Of a DNA stretch of 64,000 nt, positions 9,133 through 19,346 are shown piece by piece. Below the pieces are notes generated by a model, which searched no databases, was not told the DNA's origin, and worked only from the letters and a program-made list of their open reading frames with translations. The stretch lies in assembly GCA_963781585.1 (NCBI GenBank), contig CAWAGQ010000007.1, forward strand, positions 96,001-160,000, read 5' to 3'. The translations under genes and the position numbers were made by a program. The stretch comes from an uncultured Gemmatimonadaceae bacterium (GTDB taxonomy: Bacteria > Gemmatimonadota > Gemmatimonadetes > Gemmatimonadales > Gemmatimonadaceae). Position 1 is the stretch's first letter; the number at the start of each line of letters is the position of its first letter.

Positions 9133-11943
9133 ATGCCGGTTGCCATTGAGCGGACCCGATGCCTGGTCGCCATGCTGTCAGCGGCACTGCTGGCGTCCCA
9201 CAGCGTTGCTCGTGCGCAGTCGCGCGCGCCGTTCGACCAGAGCCTGCTCAAGGGCATTCCGTTCCGGAACCTCGGCCCCTTCCGCATGGGCGCCCGCATC
9301 GCCGACATCGCGGTGCCCGACTCCCCGGCCAGGGCGCACCAGCACACCATGTACGTCGCACCGTGGACGGGCGGAATTTTCAAGACCACAAACAACGGCA
9401 CGACCTGGGCACCGATCTTCGACAACCTGAGCGCGCGCCTAACGGTCGGTGCCATCGCCATCGCCCACACGAATCCGAACGTCGTCTGGGCGGGAACCGG
9501 GGACGCCTTCACGTCGCGCTCGTCATATGCCGGCGACGGCGTCTACAAGTCCACTGATGCGGGGAAGACGTGGACACACCTCGGACTCGACGACACCCAG
9601 CACATCGCGCGAATCGTCGTCGACCCCACCAACGCGGACGTAGTCTTCGTTGCCGCGATGGGACATCTCTATTCCCACAACGACGCGCGCGGCGTCTACA
9701 AGACCATCGATGGCGGCACGCACTGGTCGAAGGTGCTCTACATCAATGACAAGGTCGGGGTTATCGACCTGGTCATGAACCCGGTGAATCCGCGGGTCCT
9801 CTACGCCGCGACGTACGACAAGGTCCGGCTGCCGTGGCAGCTTGTGAGCGGTGGGCCGGAGAGCGCCATTTACAAGACGGTTGACGGCGGCGCGCACTGG
9901 ACTCGGCTGCGCACCGGCTTGCCTTCCGGCCGCATCGGAAGAATCGGGCTGGCGCTCTATCCGAAGAACCCGAGCATCGTCTACGCACTCATCGAGAATT
10001 CCAACCCGCGCCCACCTTCGCAACAGGACAGCGCAGTGGCGCGGCGCACGGGGCAGCCAGCGCGCGAGCGAGAGCAGGGCGGTGAGGTCTATCGCACCGC
10101 CGATGGCGGCGCCACCTGGACGCGGATGTCACCCGACAGCGTGGACGTGAGCAGCAAGGGCCCCTACTACTTCAGCCAGATTCGCGTCGACCCGAACGAC
10201 GATCAGCACATTTTCACCACCGGCGTCTCGCTGGGCAACTCGATCGACGGCGGCCGCAGCTGGCACGACATCGACTGGCCTCCGCGCCGGCTCTTTCCGC
10301 AGAGCTTCGGCGACGTACGCACCGTGTGGGTCGATCCGCGCGATTCCGACCGCCTGATCCTGGGGAGCGACGGCGGGATCTTCCAATCGTACGATGGGGG
10401 AAAGACGTCGGATCATTACGCGAACCTGCCGATCGGCGAGGCCTACACGGTCGCCGTGGACAACGATGAGCCGTACAACGTCTACACCGGGCTCCAGGAC
10501 CACGAGAACTGGAAGGGGAGTTCGAACGGGCCGCATGGCTACACCACCACGTGGGACTGGACCGCGCTGGGCAATGGAGACGGAATCGTCACCGTACCGG
10601 ACCCCACCGACAGTCGCTGGGTCTACACGACGCTGAATTACGGCGGCCACCAGCGGCTCGATCAGAAACTCGGCATGCGACAGAACATCCAGCCGACTCG
10701 CGAGGCAGGCAAGCCGCCCTATCGCTTCATCTGGGATACGCCGCTCATCATCTCGCCGCACCACAGCGAGACCATTTACACGGGCGCGCAGGTGCTGCTC
10801 AAGTCCACCGATCGCGGCGACCATTGGGAGGAGATCAGCCCTGATCTGTCCACCAATCCGACGGACCGGATCATGCCCAATTCAGAAGGTGGCATTCCCG
10901 GGGGGATTCCCTGGTTCGGCATCTCGGCGATCGCCGAATCGCCGGTGACCGCCGGGCTGTTGTGGGTGGGGACGAGCGATGGGAAAGTGCAGATGACCCG
11001 CGACGGTGGTGCGCACTGGACCGATCTCACGGACAAGGTCGCCGAGGCGGGCGGTAGGGCCGACGCGTACGTGAGCCGGGTAGTCGCGTCGGAGCATGGC
11101 GAAGGGACGGCGTACGTGGCCAGGAGCGGCTACAAGCTCGACGACTTTCACTCGTACCTCTACAAGACGACCGATTATGGCGCCACGTGGACGTCGATCA
11201 GCGCCAACCTGCCGATGGAGCCGGTGAACGTAGTGCGCGAGGATCCCGGGAATCCGAGTTTGTTGTTCGCCGGCACCGATGACGGGCTCTATGTGACGAT
11301 CGACGGCGGCGCGCGCTGGGCGCGCATGACGAACATCCCGAACATGCCGGTGCGCGACCTCGCGCTGCAGGGTGCGACGCGCGATCTCGTGGTGGGGAGC
11401 TATGGCCGCGGGATCTTCATCGCCAACATCGCGCCGTTGGAGGAGCTCAACGCGACCACGCTCGCCGAGGACGTGCATCTGTTCCGTGTTCTGCCGACGG
11501 TACAGCGCATCCGGTGGCAGTTCGGGGCCAACGACTACTTGTTTGGCAACCGGAACGTGCAGACGGACAACGAACCTGACGGGATGTCGATCCGGTACTA
11601 CCTCAGGGTTGCGGCAGCCGACAGCGCCATCATCACGGTCGTCGATGCGAAGGGCGCGCAGGTCGCGACGCTCACGGGGCCGGCCAAAGCGGGGCTCAAC
11701 ACGGTCACGTGGAACACGCATCGCGCAACGCGCGGCGGACGAGGTCGCGGCGCGGGTGCGGACTCGAGCACCGGCCGAGGCGGGGGAGGGCGGGGGCGCG
11801 GGAGCCCGCTCGATGCACTGATGCCCGAGGGCGACTACATGGTCACGTTACAGGTGAAGGGGAGGACGCTGATGCAACCAGCCCGGATCACCGGTCCCCA
11901 GGGCTGGTCGATCGGGCCGTTTCCGTCGCGTCCGGAACGTTGA
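9133..11943 (+). CDS. Secreted VPS10/sortilin-like BNR (Asp-box) beta-propeller, putative glycosyl hydrolase
   Basis: Signal peptide, FRNLGP...GARIADI and many SxDGGxTW Asp-boxes. GAGGA SD before ATG 9133. Confidence 0.9.
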   Translation: MPVAIERTRCLVAMLSAALLASHSVARAQSRAPFDQSLLKGIPFRNLGPFRMGARIADIAVPDSPARAHQHTMYVAPWTGGIFKTTNNGTTWAPIFDNLSARLTVGAIAIAHTNPNVVWAGTGDAFTSRSSYAGDGVYKSTDAGKTWTHLGLDDTQHIARIVVDPTNADVVFVAAMGHLYSHNDARGVYKTIDGGTHWSKVLYINDKVGVIDLVMNPVNPRVLYAATYDKVRLPWQLVSGGPESAIYKTVDGGAHWTRLRTGLPSGRIGRIGLALYPKNPSIVYALIENSNPRPPSQQDSAVARRTGQPAREREQGGEVYRTADGGATWTRMSPDSVDVSSKGPYYFSQIRVDPNDDQHIFTTGVSLGNSIDGGRSWHDIDWPPRRLFPQSFGDVRTVWVDPRDSDRLILGSDGGIFQSYDGGKTSDHYANLPIGEAYTVAVDNDEPYNVYTGLQDHENWKGSSNGPHGYTTTWDWTALGNGDGIVTVPDPTDSRWVYTTLNYGGHQRLDQKLGMRQNIQPTREAGKPPYRFIWDTPLIISPHHSETIYTGAQVLLKSTDRGDHWEEISPDLSTNPTDRIMPNSEGGIPGGIPWFGISAIAESPVTAGLLWVGTSDGKVQMTRDGGAHWTDLTDKVAEAGGRADAYVSRVVASEHGEGTAYVARSGYKLDDFHSYLYKTTDYGATWTSISANLPMEPVNVVREDPGNPSLLFAGTDDGLYVTIDGGARWARMTNIPNMPVRDLALQGATRDLVVGSYGRGIFIANIAPLEELNATTLAEDVHLFRVLPTVQRIRWQFGANDYLFGNRNVQTDNEPDGMSIRYYLRVAAADSAIITVVDAKGAQVATLTGPAKAGLNTVTWNTHRATRGGRGRGAGADSSTGRGGGGRGRGSPLDALMPEGDYMVTLQVKGRTLMQPARITGPQGWSIGPFPSRPER

Positions 11944-12060
11944 GTCGCCTGCCCGTTAATGACCCTCTCCAGCGTGCCGTCCACGCTGACATGATCACCT
12001 GCATCAGCTCACCTTCCGGTAGCCATTCTTCACCGTCAACTCAAGCACGGAGACAGGAAC

Positions 12061-12447
12061 ATGGAACCACTCGTCGCCAGCGACCTTTCCATCGCCATCA
12101 CGGCCAGCGACATGAAGAAGTCGCTCCACTTCTATAGAGAAGGGTTGGGATTCGAGACGATGCGAAGCCGGGAAGATGGCGGCGAGATCGTCTTTGCGGC
12201 GCTCAAGGCGGGCGGCGCCGAGGTGTCGATCGGGCGCGATGACTTCAAGAAGGGCCGCGACCGCGTAAAGGGCGTCGGCATTCGCGTGTGGCTCCGCACC
12301 ACGCAGGACATTGTGGCGGTCGCGAATCGGGTGAAGGCGGCCGGCATTTCGCTCGCGGGCGAACCGGCGCCACTCCCGTGGGGACCGATGGCGTTTCAGC
12401 TCGTGGATCCGGACGGCGTGCAGATCACCGTCGCATCGGCGGGGTGA
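12061..12447 (+). CDS. VOC/glyoxalase family protein
   Basis: DMKKSLHFYREGLGF...PWGPMAFQLVDPDG. Confidence 0.9.
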   Translation: MEPLVASDLSIAITASDMKKSLHFYREGLGFETMRSREDGGEIVFAALKAGGAEVSIGRDDFKKGRDRVKGVGIRVWLRTTQDIVAVANRVKAAGISLAGEPAPLPWGPMAFQLVDPDGVQITVASAG

Positions 12448-12507
12448 CCACGAACCCAAGCCCGCCGCCCTGGGATCAGCAGGCCGCGAACATCCCCATC
12501 GGCCCCG

Positions 12508-13113
12508 CTATCGCGCCCGAATGGCGCGGTAGTCGCTCCAGATCCGCTCGAACAGCGCGCGTGCGTCAATGTGAAGCGGCGTGCGGGCACCGGACGGGAA
12601 CCACGCGAACGCGGAACGCACCGCATCCGGATGCTCCTGGTCCCGGCGCCAGCGTTCAATCAGTCGCGCGTCGACGTCGACCACCCAGTACTCGTCCACC
12701 GGCGACGTCATGTAATAGTCGCGCTTCTCGACGCGGTCGGTCCGGATGCTACTCGGCGAAATGACTTCGACCACGAGCAGCAGCGCGGTGATCTCCGCCC
12801 AGGTGAACCTGTCCTCGCGATCTACGGGCTCGTGACGTGGGACCACGAACACGTCAGGCTGCACAATACTTTCCGGCTGCAGCTGCAGGTCCGCCGGGGA
12901 CGTCAGCACGATCCCCAGGGGCTCTTCCTGCATGTACGTCTGCAGGAGAAACTGCATCGCATTGACCGCGACCTGGTGAATGCCGCCCGGAGCGGGGGTC
13001 ACGATCAGCTCCCCACTGAGCAGCTCGTAGCGCGGCCAGTGTCGCTCCGACTGTTCGATGAGGTTGCGGACCTGGCCGGCGGTCCACCGGCGACGGATTG
13101 CAGGCATGGCCAT
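12508..13113 (-). CDS. Uma2 family (PD-(D/E)XK) putative endonuclease
   Basis: RYELLSGELIVTPAP..HQ, VQPDVFVV, LVVEVISPSS..DRVEKRDYY, EYWVVD. Confidence 0.9.
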   Translation of the reverse strand: MAMPAIRRRWTAGQVRNLIEQSERHWPRYELLSGELIVTPAPGGIHQVAVNAMQFLLQTYMQEEPLGIVLTSPADLQLQPESIVQPDVFVVPRHEPVDREDRFTWAEITALLLVVEVISPSSIRTDRVEKRDYYMTSPVDEYWVVDVDARLIERWRRDQEHPDAVRSAFAWFPSGARTPLHIDARALFERIWSDYRAIRAR

Positions 13114-13245
13114 AGTCTGCTCGGCTCCGTGAAAGAAAAGCAAGGAGGCATGCGACAGCATCGGTCGATGCCTGCGTCGAGCCGTCATCACTGCGTTGCC
13201 GAACGCGGCTTTACAACGCCGCCTTTCATGAGAAAGCGCGTGTCA

Positions 13246-13902
13246 CTACCCGACGTAGGTGTAGGTAAAGCCCTTTTCCTGCGCGCGATTGGTGACGATC
13301 ACGCCTGCGGCAACCACCCGCGCGGTCGGCGTCACGAGATTCGCGCGAAGATCCTCCTCGACATCGGCCGCGTTCAGGCCGGCATCGCGCGCCACCGCGC
13401 GCGCGATGCGTGCGGTGGCCATGCCGCACACGGCCACGATCACGCCTCGCCTGGCGAGATCGTTCGCCGTAGCGGCGTGAGCGTTCTTCACGGCCGGCAC
13501 GCCGCCTTCCATCACCTGCTGCGAAGCGCCCAGCCTGTACTTCGCCCACATCGGGTCGTTGAAGCCGAAGACCGTCGCGAGATGGCGCATACAGACGATT
13601 GTGTTTATGTCGGCATCCTTGAGCTGGTAGACGGGGCCGGTGTTCGCCGTAAGAAAATTGCGCGCGAACGCCCAGCCGGTCGGTCCATTCGCGATGCTGG
13701 TGCAGTCGAAGATGTTCTTGTGCTGGCCGGTGAGATCGTCGAGCCACGCATCTGCCGGATGGGTCTGTCCCCGCGGAGACTGTGCGGCGACCGTTGATGG
13801 AGTGCCGCCGACCCCGCCGATCCCGGCGAGCGCGGCGCCGGCCGCGCCAAGGCGCGCCAGGAAGGAGCGCCTGACGACGGCTTCTCGTTTGGATGGGCTC
13901 AT
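13246..13902 (-). CDS. Tat-exported DsrE-like protein
   Basis: Twin-arginine RRSFL signal. RGVIVAVCGMA and VVAAGVIVTNRAQEKGFTY are typical of the DsrE fold. GGAGG SD. Confidence 0.75.
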   Translation of the reverse strand: MSPSKREAVVRRSFLARLGAAGAALAGIGGVGGTPSTVAAQSPRGQTHPADAWLDDLTGQHKNIFDCTSIANGPTGWAFARNFLTANTGPVYQLKDADINTIVCMRHLATVFGFNDPMWAKYRLGASQQVMEGGVPAVKNAHAATANDLARRGVIVAVCGMATARIARAVARDAGLNAADVEEDLRANLVTPTARVVAAGVIVTNRAQEKGFTYTYVG

Positions 13903-14325
13903 GCTGGTTCCTCCAGGTTGGCGAGCTTCAGGGCTTCGTCGTCGACGCCGATCCGTCCGCGTTGATCTCGTACGCAATCCGCCACGGCCGTCGCTGCCCT
14001 TCTTCCAGTGATCCGCAAAGGGGTTGACTGGCTGTGATCTATCCGCTGCTTCGTGACGTCGGGCTGCGGTCGCCACGTCGCAGGTCGACCCGCGCGAAAG
14101 GGGCACTCCAACGTACTCCCAACCGGCAGCGCGTTCCAGATCGCCCGGAGTCGATCGCCCCGCGCAGGTCGTCGATCGGCGCTTCCGAAAGCACCGGCGG
14201 CATCACCAGAACTCAGGCCGGCCGCGTTACCGCTGGCGGAAATTGATGGGAACTGCATATTGATGATGTCTGATCGCTTGTTGTCGAAAGCGCTTCTCCT
14301 TCACCACCGTCCACATGAGGGCTTT

Positions 14326-14793
14326 ATGCGCAGAGTCGCCCTATTGATTGCAGCCGCATCCCTCGCCGCGTGCGCGAAGACCGAAACGGCGAAAACCGAC
14401 TCCGCGGCCATGGCTGCTCCACCCTCACCGCCGGCCCTCTCGGCGGCCGATGTCGCCGGAACGATGAACGGCCAGGTCATGGCGCAGAACTCCGATTCCG
14501 TGCTGGACCACTTTTCCTGCATGACAGCGCCCACGGGGAACGAGTCCAGGTGCGTAGGCCAGAGCGCGCCCAAGGACACGACGGTTTACACCTATACGCT
14601 CAGCGCCGACAGCGTCATGTGGACGTCCGCGCCGTACGCGCCGCCGACACCCCCCAAGAGCCCGGAACTCATTGATCACGTCGTCGGTCGGCTGTCCGGC
14701 GGCACGTGGACCGGAACGGTGGTCTCGGTGCTGGCAGCGAAGCCGGATTCGGTGGTCATGCGCGCGCGGTGGCAGGCCACGAAGGCTCCGTAG
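14326..14793 (+). CDS. Hypothetical lipoprotein
   Basis: MRRVALLIAAASLAAC lipobox; followed by a terminator. Confidence 0.8.
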   Translation: MRRVALLIAAASLAACAKTETAKTDSAAMAAPPSPPALSAADVAGTMNGQVMAQNSDSVLDHFSCMTAPTGNESRCVGQSAPKDTTVYTYTLSADSVMWTSAPYAPPTPPKSPELIDHVVGRLSGGTWTGTVVSVLAAKPDSVVMRARWQATKAP

Positions 14794-14818
14794 ACCGGAG
14801 CTGGCTGCGCCGGAAGCG

Positions 14819-14851
14819 AAGGGGGCCGCTCCGTTAGGCGGCCCCTCTTTG
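14819..14851 (+). terminator. Intrinsic terminator
   Basis: Stem GGGGCCGC/GCGGCCCC with an 8-nt loop, followed by TCTTTG. Confidence 0.7.
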
Positions 14852-15060
14852 TGCAGGGGCCGGTGGCGGTCTCTTCCAGCCACAGGATGACTTGACCCGC
14901 GCTCACCCTGTACCCCCTCGACCGGCCAGCTACCCACTGGGGCCCCCGAGGGATGCGCACCCCCTTCCAACGTCCCATCTTCCCTGAACGTCATCCAGTA
15001 GGGAAACCGCCTCACGGCCGACCCTGGACCAACCCTCGCCCCACCCCGCAGGAGCCCACG

Positions 15061-17313
15061 ATGCGCAAGTCCGCACTCGCCGTCGCCACCGCGATGCTGA
15101 CCCTTGCTCCCGCTTACCCTCGAAGCGCGGATATGGCCCGCTGGGAGCAGCAGGCCGCAAACATCACCATCGTCCGCGATGACTGGGGCATCGCCCACGT
15201 CACCGGCAAAACAGACGCCGACGCGGTCTTCGGCATGGTCTACGCCCAGGCCGAAGACGACTTCAATCGCGTCGAGACCAACTTCATCAACTCGCAGGGC
15301 CGCCTGGCCGAGGCCGAGGGCGAGAGCGCGATCTACCGCGACCTCCGGATGAAACTGTTCATCGATCCGGATTCCATGAAAGCGCTCTACGCCATGAGCC
15401 CGCAGTATCTCAAGACCCTCATGGTCGCGTGGGCCGATGGGCTCAATTTCTACCTCGCCAGGCACCCCGAGGTGAAACCGCGCGTGATCACGAAGTTCGA
15501 GCCGTGGATGGCGCTCACCTTCAGCGAGGGTTCGATCGGCGGCGACATCGAGCGCGTGAACGTGGGGCAGTTGGAAGCCTTCTATGGCAAGGGGCCCGTG
15601 AAGACGTCGGACATGCGGTCGGGCACGGAGTTCACGCGTGCCGCGCTGCGCGCCGACTCGCTTCGTGCCGCGGAAGACGCCAGGGAGAGGGAGCCGTCGG
15701 GCTCCAACGGCATGGCCGTCGCGCCGAAGAACACGACGAAGGGGCGGGCGCTTCTGCTTATCAATCCGCACACGTCGTTCTTTTTCCGCTCGGAGCTCGA
15801 GATGACGAGCGGCGAAGGCCTGCACGCCTACGGCGCCGCCACGTGGGGACAGTTCTTCCTCTACCAGGGCTTCAACGAGCACGTCGGCTGGATGCACACG
15901 TCGAGCGCCGTCGACGCCACCGATGAGTATCTCGAAACGGTCTCGGAAAGGAACGGGCAGTTCTTCTACAAGTTCGGTGACACCGAACGCCCCTTCATCA
16001 CGAAGAAGATCACCGTCCCCTACAAGACGGACGCGGGGATGGCGACGAAGGAGTTCACGGTCTACTACACGCACTTCGGGCCGGTCGTCCGTTCCCAGGA
16101 CGGCAAGTGGGACGCCTATCGCCTGATGCAGGATCCCCTGCACGCGCTGGAGCAGAGCTGGCTGCGCACCAGGGCCGTCAACCTGGCGGAGTACAGGAAG
16201 TACATGGACCTGCATGCCAACTCGTCGAACAACACGCTGTACGCGGACGACCAGGGGAACATCGCCTACTTCCACGCCAACTTCGTCCCGCGCCGCGACA
16301 CGTCGTTCAACTGGCGCCAGCCGGTGGACGGCAGCAATCCGGCCACGGAATGGAAGGGACTCCTCGCGTTCAACCAGGTGCCTAACGCGGTTAATCCGGC
16401 GAGCGGGTGGGTCTACAACTCCAACGACTGGCCGTGGGCCGCGGCCGGGCCGAGCAGCCCCAAGCAGAGCGACTTCCCGAAGTACGTGGACAACGGCGGC
16501 GAGTCGGCGCGCGGGCGCCATGCCGTGATGGTGCTCGAGCACAAGCACGACTTCTCCATCGAAGGCCTGCGCGCCGCGGCGTTCGACACCTATCTCCCCG
16601 GCTTCGACAAGTCGATCCCGAGCCTGATCGCCGCCTGGGACAACGCGCCGACGTCGAACCCGCTAAAAGCAGGGTTGACCGACCAGATTGCCATGCTCAG
16701 GAAGTGGGACCTGCGGTGGGGCGCGTCATCGATCCCGACCGCTGTGGCCATCTACTATGGTACGGAGCTCCAGCGGGCGGGGCGGGGGGCCCGCGGTCGT
16801 GGCGGCGCGCGTGGCGGAGGCGGGGGGGGCGGGGGCGGACGCCGTGGCGGCGGCGCCGGACCGTCGGATGACCAGCAGCTCGAGGCGCTCGATGCCGCAT
16901 GTGAGCGCCTGACGAGTGAGTTCGGAACGTGGAAGACGCCGTGGGGCGACATCAATCGCTTCCAGCGCGTACGCGACGACATCACCGCGACGTTCAACGA
17001 CGACGAGCCGAGCATCCCGGTGGGCTTCCCGTCGGCCACCTGGGGGTCGCTCGCTTCGTTCGGCGCCCGACAATACCCGAATACGAAGAAATGGTATGGG
17101 TCGAGCGGGAACAGCTTCGTCGCGGTGGTGGAGTTCGGGAAGGACAGCGTGCGCGCGATCGCGGTGACGGCCGGCGGCGAAAGCGGCGACCCGGGGTCGA
17201 AGCACTTCAACGACGAGGCACAACGCTACGCCACGGGGAATCTCCGGCCGGTGTATTTCTATCCCAATCAGCTCGTGGGGCACACGGAGCGGACGTACAA
17301 GCCGGGGAGCTGA
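15061..17313 (+). CDS. Penicillin acylase family Ntn-hydrolase (acylase)
   Basis: Signal peptide, IVRDDWGIAHV, YAQAED, and autoproteolytic GSNGMAVAP...LLINPH. AGGAG SD. Confidence 0.93.
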   Translation: MRKSALAVATAMLTLAPAYPRSADMARWEQQAANITIVRDDWGIAHVTGKTDADAVFGMVYAQAEDDFNRVETNFINSQGRLAEAEGESAIYRDLRMKLFIDPDSMKALYAMSPQYLKTLMVAWADGLNFYLARHPEVKPRVITKFEPWMALTFSEGSIGGDIERVNVGQLEAFYGKGPVKTSDMRSGTEFTRAALRADSLRAAEDAREREPSGSNGMAVAPKNTTKGRALLLINPHTSFFFRSELEMTSGEGLHAYGAATWGQFFLYQGFNEHVGWMHTSSAVDATDEYLETVSERNGQFFYKFGDTERPFITKKITVPYKTDAGMATKEFTVYYTHFGPVVRSQDGKWDAYRLMQDPLHALEQSWLRTRAVNLAEYRKYMDLHANSSNNTLYADDQGNIAYFHANFVPRRDTSFNWRQPVDGSNPATEWKGLLAFNQVPNAVNPASGWVYNSNDWPWAAAGPSSPKQSDFPKYVDNGGESARGRHAVMVLEHKHDFSIEGLRAAAFDTYLPGFDKSIPSLIAAWDNAPTSNPLKAGLTDQIAMLRKWDLRWGASSIPTAVAIYYGTELQRAGRGARGRGGARGGGGGGGGGRRGGGAGPSDDQQLEALDAACERLTSEFGTWKTPWGDINRFQRVRDDITATFNDDEPSIPVGFPSATWGSLASFGARQYPNTKKWYGSSGNSFVAVVEFGKDSVRAIAVTAGGESGDPGSKHFNDEAQRYATGNLRPVYFYPNQLVGHTERTYKPGS

Positions 17314-17453
17314 ACGAACTGTCCGAGCGATGCGCTCGTTGCCGCCAGCTATCGGTGCGGGGACGAGCGCGTTTCTCACGTACGCACTGCGTGCCTCACA
17401 CTCGGGAATCCACACAGAGAACCTCCCCGACCAAGGCGCCCGTCGCCGACGGG

Positions 17454-17482
17454 TTGACCATAGTACGTGACCATGGTAAGCT
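17454..17482 (+). promoter_or_regulatory. Promoter TTGACC-17-TAAGCT (extended -10) with TGACCAT direct repeats; likely leaderless vapBC transcript
   Basis: -35 at 17454-17459, TGG plus -10 at 17474-17482, ATG at 17488, no SD. Confidence 0.65.
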
Positions 17483-17487
17483 TTGAT

Positions 17488-17739
17488 ATGGCTAAACACA
17501 TCGAGCGCATTCCCATCTCGGTATTCAAGGCCAAGAGCCTCGCACTGTTGGAGCGCGTGCGCCGCACTGGCCGGCCGATCATCGTCACCAAGCGAGGCGA
17601 GCCGGTGGCCGAGGTGATCCCGCCTTCGATCGAGACACTCGGCGCTGACTGGATTGGCTCCGCCAGGGGCACGGCGAAGCTTCGTGACAATCTGATCGCC
17701 CCGGCCGGCGATGCCGGTGACTGGGAGGCGCTGGGGTGA
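17488..17739 (+). CDS. vapB: Phd/YefM-family antitoxin
   Basis: ISVFKAKSLALLERVRRTGRPIIVTKRGEPVAEV. Overlaps the PIN gene (GTGA). Confidence 0.88.
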   Translation: MAKHIERIPISVFKAKSLALLERVRRTGRPIIVTKRGEPVAEVIPPSIETLGADWIGSARGTAKLRDNLIAPAGDAGDWEALG

Positions 17740-18131
17740 ACCTCCTGCTCGACACACACATCTGGATCTGGAGTCTGGTCGATCCCGACCGTCTCGGGCG
17801 CCGCGTGCGGCGTGAGCTGATGTCCTCTTCGAATCAAGTCTGGCTGTCGCCCATCTCGGTCTGGGAAACGATGCTGCTCATCGAGCGCAAGCGAGTCACT
17901 ATCGGCGGCGCACCGGAGGACTGGGTGCAGGAGCGCCTCCGGGCCACGCCCGCTCGCGAAGCGCCACTCACGCACGAGGTGGCGATCCGCAGCCGATCCA
18001 TGCCGCTCGCGCACGCGGATCCGGCCGATCGATTCCTTGCGGCAACAGCGGCGGTGCATGGACTAACGCTCGTCACGGCTGACGAGCGGCTGGTGTCCTG
18101 CAGCGACATCAAGACTCTGCGGAACAGCTGA
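17736..18131 (+). CDS. vapC: PIN-domain VapC toxin
   Basis: LLLDTHIWIW, SPISVWE, HADPADRFLAATA, LVTADERL. Confidence 0.92.
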   Translation: MNLLLDTHIWIWSLVDPDRLGRRVRRELMSSSNQVWLSPISVWETMLLIERKRVTIGGAPEDWVQERLRATPAREAPLTHEVAIRSRSMPLAHADPADRFLAATAAVHGLTLVTADERLVSCSDIKTLRNS

Positions 18132-18288
18132 CGATCGCCGGCAGGCCTTGCCGCGGGCGCCTCGCACGGATGCCTGACCCGATCTACGTCGTGAGGATGG
18201 CCGCGATGCCGGCGTACGTGGAGTCGGTCTTGCGCAAGGCAATTCCTGGTGTGGATCCGTCTCGCCCTGGACGCCACGCGCCACGCCC

Positions 18289-19221
18289 TGGATCGATGTC
18301 GCGGATCTGCAGGACGCAGACGGCCGCATCCTGTTCGGCAAATACGTCGCGCTGATGAGAGTCGGACAGGAGCTGTGCAATGATCCCGCGCTCGCACTGC
18401 ACTTCGGAGAAGCGGTCGATTCCTCCGAGCTTTCGATCGCGCACGCGGTGGGCGGGGCCAGGAACATCGGTGACGCCGTCGCGCAAGCGAATCGGTATGC
18501 ACCCCTCGGCATTGAGGTCGAGGCAGACGGCACGGGCGATCGCTTTCAGCTCCGCCGCGCCACGGGGCAGCTGTGGCTGGTCGATGCTCGCAGGAACCCG
18601 AACGACTTTCCGGAACTCACCGAGTCCGCCTTTGCACGCATGACGTGCACAACGCGCAGGCTGTTAGGCGACAGGCAGGCTTTCGGAGAGGTGCATTTCA
18701 CTCATGCCGAGCCGGCGTACCGCGCCGAGTATGAGCGGATCTTTCGCGCACCGCTGGTATTCGGAAGCCACTGGAACGCCCTGCGGATCGATGAAGCCGT
18801 GCTCTCGAGCTTCCAGTTTCCGTCGTCGCCACAGTACGTGACGAATGTCCTGAGGGCGCACGCAGAGGCCCTCCTCCAGAAGCTGGAGAGCTCACATTCG
18901 ACCCGGAACCGGGTCGAGACCCTGGTGTTGCCACTCCTGCACACCGGGGGCGTGAGAATGGACTCGATCGCCGGCCAGCTCGGACTCAGCCGCCAAACGC
19001 TGTTTCGCATGCTGAGGGTGGAGGGTGTCTCATTCGAAGAGGTTCTGGACGAGCTTCGCCACAGGCTGGCGCTCAACTACCTGAGTGTGCACAAGGTCTC
19101 CGTGAAACAGACGGCAAGGCTGGTTGGGTATTCCGATCCGGCGGCCTTCTCGCGCGCATTCAAGCGGTGGACGGGATCCAGTCCGCGCCTGTATATGTCC
19201 CGCTGTATGTCGTCAGCCTGA
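18289..19221 (+). pseudogene. AraC-family regulator, 5'-truncated
   Basis: Homology continues in frame upstream of ATG 18355 (IDVADLQDADGRILFGKYVALM) to about 18289, then stops. In-frame TGA at 18175. The C-terminal HTH (LVGYSDPAAFSRAFKRWTG) is intact. Confidence 0.7.
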
Positions 19222-19346
19222 CGTCCTGCCGGCACGGTGCTGGCGCCGGAGCCGTAGAGTGGCATCGGCAACGCCCGCGATGACACCGTTGTCCAACGGA
19301 TCGCTGCATCGTCCGTGTGCCGGATCAAGCCAACCAGGAGCCCAGC

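Noticed and set aside
14238..14273. GAACT...TCTGA as an ECF sigma promoter
   Set aside because: The spacer is about 13 nt, shorter than the expected 16-17.
14425..16548. 707-aa minus-strand ORF and similar long antisense ORFs (e.g. 37309-38952, 48443-49987, 35638-36858)
   Set aside because: Shadow frames of well-supported genes. They are Arg/Pro-rich with no motifs, as expected at high GC.
16772..16860. G-rich tract as a possible G-quadruplex or phase-variable repeat
   Set aside because: It is in-frame Gly/Arg coding sequence and the gene is intact. Treated under the RGG finding.
19216..19222. GCCTGAC at the stops of the AraC and DoxX genes as attC R'' boxes
   Set aside because: No L boxes, hairpin or GTTRRRY nearby. 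Ala-TGA-C is common at high GC.
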